Positions 9,771 to 16,911 of a stretch of 34,520 nt of DNA are shown here, piece after piece (position 1 is the stretch's first letter; each line of letters begins with the position of its first letter). The DNA comes from an uncultured Opitutia bacterium (GTDB lineage Bacteria; Verrucomicrobiota; Verrucomicrobiia; Opitutales; UBA953). A program made the position numbers and the translations under genes. The stretch spans positions 1 through 34,520 of the forward strand of contig CAIYUD010000251.1 of assembly GCA_903929325.1 (NCBI GenBank), in the 5' to 3' direction. The notes under the pieces are model-generated. The model was not told the origin of the DNA, made no database searches, and worked only from the letters and a program-made list of their open reading frames with translations.

Positions 9771-10811
9771 TTAGGCGAACTGACGCAAGAAGCGCAGATC
9801 GTTAGCGTAAAAATGGCGGATGTCGTCAATGCCGTGCACCAACATGGCAATGCGTTCGAGGCCAAGGCCGAAAGCGAGTCCTGACCATTCCGTGGCATCA
9901 AGGCCACATGCCTCAAGGACCTTCGGGTCAACAAGGCCGCAACCCAACACTTCAAGCCAGCGGTCAGAAAGGCGCCCTAAATTCGGCGAGCGAATGTCCA
10001 TTTCAAAACTGGGTTCAGTGAAAGGGAAGAAAGACGGACGAAGTCGGGTTTCTGCTTCAGGGCCGAAAGTTTCTTTAACAAAGAAATCAAGCACGCCACG
10101 AAGGTCAGCCAAGGTGACATGGCGGTCGACCCAGAGGCCCTCCACTTGGTGGAAGTTCGCCGAGTGGGTGGCATCAACGGCATCACGTCGGAAACAGCGC
10201 CCTGGAGCCACGATGCGTAAAGGGGGTTTACGCGCGAGCATTGTACGCACCTGCACGCTCGAAGTATGGGTGCGCAGTAACAGATCTTCGTCACCTTTGC
10301 GCAGCGCATCGATGGAGCGAAATGATTTAGGTAAATAGAAAGTGTCCTGCATATCGCGCGCAGGGTGATCAGCCGGCGTATTCAACGCATCGAAGCAATG
10401 CCACTCCGTCTCGACTTCAGGTCCTTCGGCGATGACGAAACCTAATTTACGAAATGTGGCGAGGATCCGCTCGCGCGTGCGCGTCAATGGATGCAACGAA
10501 CCCGACGCAACATCGGGACTCGCTAGTGAAGGATCGATCGTAGGCCCAAGCAGTGCAGCCAATTCTGCCTGCTCAACACGCGCTGACACGGTCGCCAGGA
10601 TTTCATCAAGTTGAGCTTTAGCTGCGTTGACCATCTTGCCGGCAGCCGGCCGCTCTTCTTTGGAAAGCGCAGCCATCCCGCGCATCACGAGAGTCAGCGA
10701 ACCGTTGGGGCCAACGAGACGAGCCTTGAGGGCTTCGAGTTCAGCACGGGTACGGATTTGCCCAGCGGCGTCGGCCGCCTCTTTGAGCGCGCTGTCGAGT
10801 TGCGACTGCAT
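9771..10811 (-). CDS. pheS: Phenylalanine-tRNA ligase alpha subunit
   Basis: 346 aa. N-terminal coiled-coil followed by a class II core (FRRD...HQVEG...FPFTEPS...GLGLERIAML). ATG start. Confidence 0.95.
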   Translation of the reverse strand: MQSQLDSALKEAADAAGQIRTRAELEALKARLVGPNGSLTLVMRGMAALSKEERPAAGKMVNAAKAQLDEILATVSARVEQAELAALLGPTIDPSLASPDVASGSLHPLTRTRERILATFRKLGFVIAEGPEVETEWHCFDALNTPADHPARDMQDTFYLPKSFRSIDALRKGDEDLLLRTHTSSVQVRTMLARKPPLRIVAPGRCFRRDAVDATHSANFHQVEGLWVDRHVTLADLRGVLDFFVKETFGPEAETRLRPSFFPFTEPSFEMDIRSPNLGRLSDRWLEVLGCGLVDPKVLEACGLDATEWSGLAFGLGLERIAMLVHGIDDIRHFYANDLRFLRQFA

Positions 10812-10860
10812 GGGGTTAAAGGTGTGTCGGACGAGGCCCTCTTCGCAAGCGAAAGCACCC

Positions 10861-10894
10861 TAAAACAGCGAGACCCCGGTAACCGGGGCCTCGC
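10861..10894 (-). terminator. Putative intrinsic terminator or attenuator between rplT and pheS
   Basis: The minus-strand RNA reads GCGAGGCCCCGG-UUA-CCGGGGUCUCGC followed by UGUUUUA. The stem is 5+6 bp with one mismatch, GC-rich, and the U-tract is short. It lies 24 nt downstream of the rplT stop. Confidence 0.5.
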
Positions 10895-10917
10895 GAAAGG
10901 GCGATGAGCCGACCGGC

Positions 10918-11274
10918 TTAGGCCAAAGCGGCCTTAGCCTTACCAACAATCGCTTCGAATGCAGGAGCGTCGTGAATGGCGAGCTCGCTGAGATTCTTAC
11001 GGTCGAGGGTAATGTTGGCTTTCTTCAAGCCAGCGATGAGGCGGCTGTAAGTAATGCCGAGAGGACGGCAGGCAGCATTGAGACGCACGATCCAAAGCTG
11101 ACGGAAGTCAGTCTTCTTTTCGCGACGGTCGCGGTAAGCGAACTTTTCAGCGCGCTGAACAGCCTCCATCGCATGGAGATAAAGGCGTGATTTACTGCCA
11201 AAGTAACCTTTGGCACGTTTCAAGGTCCGCTTGCGGCGGGCCTTGGTGTAGGGAGCGTTAGTAACGCGAGGCAT
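10918..11274 (-). CDS. rplT: 50S ribosomal protein L20
   Basis: 118 aa. Begins MPRVTNAPYTKARRKRTLKRAKGYFGSKSRLY, a typical L20 N-terminus. ATG start. Confidence 0.95.
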   Translation of the reverse strand: MPRVTNAPYTKARRKRTLKRAKGYFGSKSRLYLHAMEAVQRAEKFAYRDRREKKTDFRQLWIVRLNAACRPLGITYSRLIAGLKKANITLDRKNLSELAIHDAPAFEAIVGKAKAALA

Positions 11275-11359
11275 GTTATGTGTGTGGTTTAGTTTCTCGA
11301 GCCGGCGGGTCGCCTGGGAGTGTCACCCGCCTGACTGCGAAATAGATTAGCCGAGAGCC

Positions 11360-11551
11360 TTAGGCCCAAGGCATGGAAATTTTCATGGACTTCTCGAAGC
11401 CAGAATCGACGCGCTTCGATTTATTGGCGCGACGGCGTTGTTTGCGCGACTTGCTGGAAAGCAGGTGGCGGCCATTCGGTGAGCGGCGCATGACCTTACC
11501 GGTACCGGTAACCTTGAAGCGCTTGGAGATAGACTTGCGGGTCTTTTGCAT
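11360..11551 (-). CDS. rpmI: 50S ribosomal protein L35
   Basis: MQKTRKSISKRFKVTGTGKVMRR... is L35-like. I chose ATG at 11551 over the track's TTG at 11569. Confidence 0.9.
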   Translation of the reverse strand: MQKTRKSISKRFKVTGTGKVMRRSPNGRHLLSSKSRKQRRRANKSKRVDSGFEKSMKISMPWA

Positions 11552-11701
11552 GACAGAACGGTCGAACAAAGGGGGTTGAGGGGTACTTGTAAAGTGCGAA
11601 TGTCTAAGGAAGTGTCAGGCCTTAGCCCCAAATCGAGCCCCTATCCTTGCAGATCCAGCCCTTTCCCCTACCCCTAAGGCCTATAGACCCTTATAAACCC
11701 T

Positions 11702-12187
11702 ATGCTTACCCCCGGTAAAAAACCTAAACTTGGCTTTAAGGTCAGCGCTCTGGTCAATGGAACACCCGTAGAGACGACCTTTGCCAAACTCATCGCAGAA
11801 GGCCCAACGGTGGTCTCCGTCTGGATGCGCAACCATACCTCAAGCTGCGACAAGCAGTCTGTTGCCTTGGCTAAACACGAGAAAGCCATCCTGAAGGCAG
11901 GCTATCAACTCATCGGCATCTCTCGGGATAGCTGTGCTTCGCATGCTAAATACGCTGCCAAACACGCCTTAAAGTACACGTTGGTTGCAGACCCCGAAGA
12001 CCTGTTTTCGCAGGCCCTGGATGCCGTGATCGAAAAATCAATGTATGGTAAAAAATATCAAGGTCCTGCCCGGGCGGCTTATGTTTTTGATGCGACTGGA
12101 AAGTTGACGGCAGTCATCGACAAAGTCGATGCAGCCGAGCACGGCAAACAAGTGCTCGACGTTCTAAAGAACGCCCAACGACCCTAA
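11702..12187 (+). CDS. Thioredoxin-fold AhpC/TSA (Bcp-like) peroxiredoxin, atypical active-site context
   Basis: 161 aa. The layout ...VVSVWMRNHTSSCDKQ...GYQLIGISRDSCASHAKYAAKHALKYTLVADPE...GPARAAYVFDATGK matches Bcp. The T-x-x-C peroxidatic motif is present, but the usual upstream Pro is Met. Confidence 0.7.
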   Translation: MLTPGKKPKLGFKVSALVNGTPVETTFAKLIAEGPTVVSVWMRNHTSSCDKQSVALAKHEKAILKAGYQLIGISRDSCASHAKYAAKHALKYTLVADPEDLFSQALDAVIEKSMYGKKYQGPARAAYVFDATGKLTAVIDKVDAAEHGKQVLDVLKNAQRP

Positions 12188-12284
12188 TCATTCAGTCCAG
12201 GAAACCGCTGGCTGCCCTTAATCCATGCTTGAATCAGGGCGTGGCGTTAAGGATAGTTAAGCCAACACACCCCCAGCGCACCTG

Positions 12285-12950
12285 ATGTCATTGCCCTTCC
12301 GTCCGACCGGCCCACGGCCGAAACCCACTCAGAACAGAGGCAATTTTAGGCGCGACCCAATGGATCGTGGTCCCAAGCGCAACGAACGTATTCGTGCGAC
12401 TGAAGTCCGCGTGATCACCGCTGCAGGTGAAATGCTCGGAGTCATGCCAGTCGAAAAAGCACTCGGCCTCGCCAAAGAACAGGGAGTCGACTTAATTGAA
12501 ATTGCTGGAACGGCGGTACCTCCCGTTTGCAAACTTATCGAACTGGGTAAGTTCCTTTACGAGGAATCGAAGAAGTCGAAGCACCAAAAACATACGGCGA
12601 AGATGAAGGAGCTGAAGTTCCGCCCGCGTATCGACACGCACGACCTCTTCATCAAAATCCGCCGCGCAGAAAACTTTCTCTACCACGGACATAAAGTTAA
12701 ACTCGTTCTCCAGTACCGCTACCGCGACCTCGAGCATGCTGAAATTGGTATCGAGACAGTGAAACGCGTCATCGCTGAACTCGCGAATGTTTGCACCGCA
12801 GACAGCGTACCTAAGCGCACAGGACGCAGCATTGTCCTCGGCTTAACCCCCCTTCAACAGAATCGCCGAAAGCTCGTCCACAACGCAGAACCAGGCGACG
12901 AGAACATGGAAGACGACTCCGCCGTGGCCGACGAGCCCGACGAGCAGTAA
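12285..12950 (+). CDS. infC: Translation initiation factor IF-3
   Basis: Conserved core RNERIRATEVRVITAAGEMLGV...VDLIEI...PVCKL..., followed by a C-terminal domain and an acidic tail. The start is either ATG 12285 or the in-frame ATG 12360. An in-frame stop at 12258-12260 excludes anything further upstream. Confidence 0.9.
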   Translation: MSLPFRPTGPRPKPTQNRGNFRRDPMDRGPKRNERIRATEVRVITAAGEMLGVMPVEKALGLAKEQGVDLIEIAGTAVPPVCKLIELGKFLYEESKKSKHQKHTAKMKELKFRPRIDTHDLFIKIRRAENFLYHGHKVKLVLQYRYRDLEHAEIGIETVKRVIAELANVCTADSVPKRTGRSIVLGLTPLQQNRRKLVHNAEPGDENMEDDSAVADEPDEQ

Positions 12951-12965
12951 GCCGACTGCGCACCC

Positions 12966-13928
12966 ATGCGCATCTTTCTCTTACTCGTTCTCGCAACGGT
13001 TGTATCCCGTGCTGATGAAATTTGGCTCGGGGAGTCCATGGCACGGCTCGGGTTTTCCAACAACGCACCCGTGCGCGAAGGTCAAGAGGAGCGCTTCGAG
13101 CGAAGCAACCCGCGAGCTGTTGTGGTCGCTGAAAGAGATAAAGAGAGTATCACCATTAACGGCATACAGGTCGACATGGAGAGAGCCGTGCGAGCGAAGG
13201 CGTTTAAAGTCAAAGGCCAGCCCGACGTCATACGCCTAACCATCGAGCGCTGTGATTACGAAAAAATTCTCGTGCCGCTCCTCTGGGGTCCACCAGCGGG
13301 TTCCCGCAGGCCACTTCGTATCGTTCTTGATCCTGGTCACGGCGGCAAAGATTCGGGCACCGTTAATCCAGCGCTGAACCTCCAAGAAAAGAATTTAACG
13401 CTCGATTTAGCTAAACGACTCGCAGTCTTGCTTCAACAAAGCGGCCACGAGGTTCTATTGACGCGCTCTACCGATACTTTTGTTGAGCTCGGAGACCGCA
13501 CGAAGTTTGCTAATCAAGTTAAGGCCGACCTCTTCCTTAGCCTACATTTCAATGCAGGCCCAATCAACAGAGCCGCAGGCACAGAAACCTACTGGCTTAC
13601 GCCGGGGGGACAGCACTCCACAAAAGACTCCGCAAATGCAGGCACAGTCGGACAACTTCCCGGCAACACCTACGACGCGCTCAACATTAATTTAGCCTAT
13701 GAGATGCAACGTGCGCTCATTACCTCTCTCGGCAGTACGGATCGTGGCACGCGTCGTGCCCGCTGGGTTGTACTCAAGGATTTGCAATGTCCAGGAGTCT
13801 TAATTGAGTCCGCCTTTCTTTCAGATGCCACCGAAGCACGTATCTACACCCAAGACGCAGCCCGACAACGGTTGGCTCAAATCATCGCTGCCGGCGTGGC
13901 CGCTTACGAAGCTAAGCTAAGGCGTTAA
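12966..13928 (+). CDS. N-acetylmuramoyl-L-alanine amidase (Amidase_3 family), secreted
   Basis: 320 aa. N-terminal signal-like MRIFLLLVLATVVSRA. Catalytic domain motifs IVLDPGHGGKDSGT, LTR, ADLFLSLHFNA and VLIESAFLS. Confidence 0.85.
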   Translation: MRIFLLLVLATVVSRADEIWLGESMARLGFSNNAPVREGQEERFERSNPRAVVVAERDKESITINGIQVDMERAVRAKAFKVKGQPDVIRLTIERCDYEKILVPLLWGPPAGSRRPLRIVLDPGHGGKDSGTVNPALNLQEKNLTLDLAKRLAVLLQQSGHEVLLTRSTDTFVELGDRTKFANQVKADLFLSLHFNAGPINRAAGTETYWLTPGGQHSTKDSANAGTVGQLPGNTYDALNINLAYEMQRALITSLGSTDRGTRRARWVVLKDLQCPGVLIESAFLSDATEARIYTQDAARQRLAQIIAAGVAAYEAKLRR

Positions 13929-13976
13929 TTGGTTTCAGTATTTGCACTCACCTCTCCAGCGTGAGAGAAGGTAGTT

Positions 13977-15176
13977 ATGCACACGCAAGGCATCCCAGCA
14001 TCGACGGCCAAGATGGCACTGCGCTGGGCCATTCTCATTCTTAGCACGTCTCTATTAGTCGGTGCATGCGGTGCAGCTTTTCTACACGCACTGGAATGGA
14101 CCACGGGCACTTTTCAGACTCACCCAACCGAGTTCATTATGGCCCTACCCTTCTTGGGATTGCTCACGGTCTGGGCTTACTCGACATTCGCAGCCACCTC
14201 GGCGGGCGGGATTAAAACGCTCATCGAACAAATTCATCTGCCACAGACGGAGCCACTACCACGAAGCATGGCACCGGCCATTCTTGGGGGCACGCTCCTT
14301 GCCCACCTGGGTGGCGCTTCGGTTGGTCGCGAAGGCACCGCACTACAAATGGGTGCCGCCTGTGCGGATCAATTCTCGCGCTTCTACAAACTGACGTCCA
14401 GCGAGCGACAGACGCTTTTACTCTGCGGGGTAAGCGCAGGCTTTGCCGCAGTCTTTGGGACGCCACTCGCAGCGGCAATTTTTGCACTCGAATTCGTCAG
14501 ACGTCGCACTTGGCAATTCATCCCCTGCTTAACCACCGCTTTACTTGCCGACTGGATAGGTCAAAAAATCTTTGGCGCACACCATCTCGATTACCACAGA
14601 TACTTTCAGGGTGATAATCTAACGACGGTCGCAGGGCTTGGTTGGGCCGTCCTCCTGGGAGTCGCTTTTGGCGCGGCTGCCCGACTTTACCTAAAAGCTG
14701 CTCGCGACAGCCGCCGAGCTTTTGCACGCATACATAATCCGTATTACCGCATACTTTTAGGATCCGTCACTTTTGTTACGCTAATGCTATGCTGGAATTT
14801 AAGCGCGTACACAGGACTTGGACTTAACAGCATCTCGGAAGCTTTTACGCAGACACCGCCGGCATATTTCTGGGTCGTTAAAATCCTACTGACGGCACTT
14901 TGTCTCGCCGCTGGATTTAAAGGCGGAGAAGTTACCCCGCTCTTCTGTGTTGGCGCGACTCTCGGCGCATGGGTCGGTCCGCTTACGGGTTTACCCATCG
15001 AAATCTGCGTGGGCTTAGGCTTTGTAGCTGTCTTTGCTGGAGCGGGCGCTGTGCCCGTTGCAGGCACGGCGATGGCATTTGAAATGTTCGGCTTCGCCAC
15101 AGGTACCTATGCACTGGCTGCTTGTTTTGTGAGTTCACTCATTGCCGGCAAACAACGTCTTTATTCGGAGACATAA
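13977..15176 (+). CDS. Short CLC-family anion channel/antiporter with CLC-F-like (fluoride/proton antiporter) motifs
   Basis: 399 aa, polytopic, with no CBS domains. Motifs GREGT (rather than GREGP), GVSAGFAAVFGTPLAAAIFALE and GGEVTPLF. A GAGAGAAGG purine tract precedes the ATG. Confidence 0.8.
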   Translation: MHTQGIPASTAKMALRWAILILSTSLLVGACGAAFLHALEWTTGTFQTHPTEFIMALPFLGLLTVWAYSTFAATSAGGIKTLIEQIHLPQTEPLPRSMAPAILGGTLLAHLGGASVGREGTALQMGAACADQFSRFYKLTSSERQTLLLCGVSAGFAAVFGTPLAAAIFALEFVRRRTWQFIPCLTTALLADWIGQKIFGAHHLDYHRYFQGDNLTTVAGLGWAVLLGVAFGAAARLYLKAARDSRRAFARIHNPYYRILLGSVTFVTLMLCWNLSAYTGLGLNSISEAFTQTPPAYFWVVKILLTALCLAAGFKGGEVTPLFCVGATLGAWVGPLTGLPIEICVGLGFVAVFAGAGAVPVAGTAMAFEMFGFATGTYALAACFVSSLIAGKQRLYSET

Positions 15177-15235
15177 GCGGCGAAGGGGGCTGCTTCTAAC
15201 CTTTCCCCGGCCCTCGCTTTATATACAGTAACACG

Positions 15236-16750
15236 ATGCACGTCGTGCTGTTACTCTTTACGGCGATAACCATTCGTGCCGCCATCGACCCTGCAACCGT
15301 GGTTGTTGTTTTTGCCGAAGGAGATCCTGAGTCAAAGAAACTTGCCGTCGAGTATGCCGAGCTCCGACACATTTCCGCAGATAACTGTATTGCTTTAAAA
15401 ATTCCTTCCAGCGAACGAGAAAGCCTATCGTGGGAGGAATACTCGAGGGATGTTTTGAATCCGTTACGCTCTACCTTGCTGGAGCGAAAGCTGCTTGCCG
15501 GCAAGCTTGCCACTGAAACCGATAATCTAGGCCGACGAAGTTTAACGTTAACGGAAGATCCGCGCGTACGGTGGATCATCCTTTGCCGCGGTCTACCTTG
15601 GCGCATTCACCGCAATTCAGGTGCGGATGGAAAAATGTTTGGCCCCTCACCCATTTCGGAAGCTGCCAGCGTCGATAGCGAATTATGCCTACTGGCCACC
15701 GAGGACAGTGCCCCGAATGGTCCGGCACCGAATCCTTGGTATGGCCTAAGTGGAAACACCGAACCCAAAGAGAGTTCACGTTTTATTCGAACGGCACGGC
15801 TAGACGGGCCCACATTGGCAGGGGTTGAGCGCTCACTCGGGCGCATGTACCAAGCCGAGAAGCTCGGCTTACGTGGCCGGGCCTACATCGATCAAGGAGG
15901 ACCCTATGCCGAAGGTGACACCTGGTTTAGTCGAAGTGCGAGCATCTGCCGCACCTTGGGTTTTCCCACCGACGTGGAGACAAGCAAAGAGGTCATGGGC
16001 ACCGATGTTCGTTTTGACGCACCCGCATTTTACTTTGGCTGGTATACTCAGAAGCCCAAAGGGAAACTAGCGGAGCCTGGTACATTGCTCGCACCGGGAG
16101 CAATTGCTCTTCACCTACATAGCTTCTCAGGCCAAGCATTGCACGACCCTGTCAACGGATGGACTGCGGCACTCGTTGAAGCAGGGGCTGCGCTTACTTT
16201 TGGTAATGTGGATGAGCCATACCTCACACTCACTGTGCGGCCTGATGTGCTCATGGTCGAGTTAGCACAGGGCCACTGTGCGGGCGAAGCCGCCTGGAGA
16301 GCGACCCCGGTCATGAGTTGGATGGGCGTCATTATCGGTGACCCTTTTTATCAACCCTTCGCACACGATATACCCCAACAGTTGGCCGATCTTTCTGAGA
16401 AGCCCGACAACTTATCAATCTATGCATCCCTGCGTGCGGCTGAACTTATACGCAACAAGCCCGAGGATCGTAAAAAAATGCTCGTGGCTAGCTTCTATCA
16501 ATCGCCCCGCCTCGCCCTGCTCCTCGAAATCGCCCGTGATGCGATTGCTGCGGGGCAAGACATACCCTGGGATAATCAAGTGCTCGGCTACCTCCCCCAT
16601 GAAGATTACGGACTCGTTTTAGAGTCCGCTCGGCTCTTGAAATCCAAGGGTAAAACCGCCCAAGCCAAAGGGTTATACGAGCACCTCTTGGGCCGCTTGA
16701 TTGGCAATCCCGCAAGGGCTGAAGGGTTAAAGGCCGAAGTCCCTCAATAA
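15236..16750 (+). CDS. Secreted conserved hypothetical protein, TIGR03790-like core with a C-terminal helical extension
   Basis: 504 aa with a signal-like N-terminus. The motif series VVVVFAEGDPESKKLAVEYAELRHI, ILCRGLPWRI, SVDSELCLL, NPWY, ARLDGP, GWY, LHLHSFSG, GNVDEPYL and IGDPFYQPF matches my recollection of the TIGR03790 family. Not searched. Confidence 0.5.
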   Translation: MHVVLLLFTAITIRAAIDPATVVVVFAEGDPESKKLAVEYAELRHISADNCIALKIPSSERESLSWEEYSRDVLNPLRSTLLERKLLAGKLATETDNLGRRSLTLTEDPRVRWIILCRGLPWRIHRNSGADGKMFGPSPISEAASVDSELCLLATEDSAPNGPAPNPWYGLSGNTEPKESSRFIRTARLDGPTLAGVERSLGRMYQAEKLGLRGRAYIDQGGPYAEGDTWFSRSASICRTLGFPTDVETSKEVMGTDVRFDAPAFYFGWYTQKPKGKLAEPGTLLAPGAIALHLHSFSGQALHDPVNGWTAALVEAGAALTFGNVDEPYLTLTVRPDVLMVELAQGHCAGEAAWRATPVMSWMGVIIGDPFYQPFAHDIPQQLADLSEKPDNLSIYASLRAAELIRNKPEDRKKMLVASFYQSPRLALLLEIARDAIAAGQDIPWDNQVLGYLPHEDYGLVLESARLLKSKGKTAQAKGLYEHLLGRLIGNPARAEGLKAEVPQ

Positions 16751-16911
16751 AGTCAGGCTTTACGCTTGCCAGAGGGGGTCTTGGCTGGCTTGTTCAAATC
16801 TCCTTTCGGCCCCTTGGCACATGCCAAGAGACTCTCCAAAAGGAAATGTTCACCCAACCAAACCCCGGACCCGTCCTCGCGACGACCGGGACACACAATA
16901 AAACAAATAAT

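Noticed and set aside
9767-9955. 63-codon N-terminal extension of the pheT ORF
   Set aside because: It overlaps the 3' end of pheS. The conserved PheT N-terminus (MRVSFQSLE...) begins at the ATG 4 nt after the pheS stop.
11552-11701. Possible tRNA or small RNA in the 150-bp rpmI/peroxiredoxin divergent spacer (CTAAGG repeated three times; GGCCTTAG...CTAAGGCC inverted repeat 48 nt apart)
   Set aside because: There is no T-loop (GTTCRANYC) or cloverleaf. The repeats are short. The region is more simply the divergent promoter and leader.
13929-13976. Possible fluoride (crcB-motif) riboswitch upstream of the CLC-F-like gene
   Set aside because: The gap is only 48 nt. No GAUGG or CUGAUGAUGCCU-like conserved segments are visible there or in the preceding ~100 nt.
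16813-16828. CTTGGCACATGCCAAG palindrome containing TGGCAC, a possible sigma-54 -24 element upstream of rpsA
   Set aside because: The required -12 TTGC element is absent at the correct spacing (the sequence there is AAGA). The loop would also be too short for a stable hairpin. It is probably a chance palindrome.
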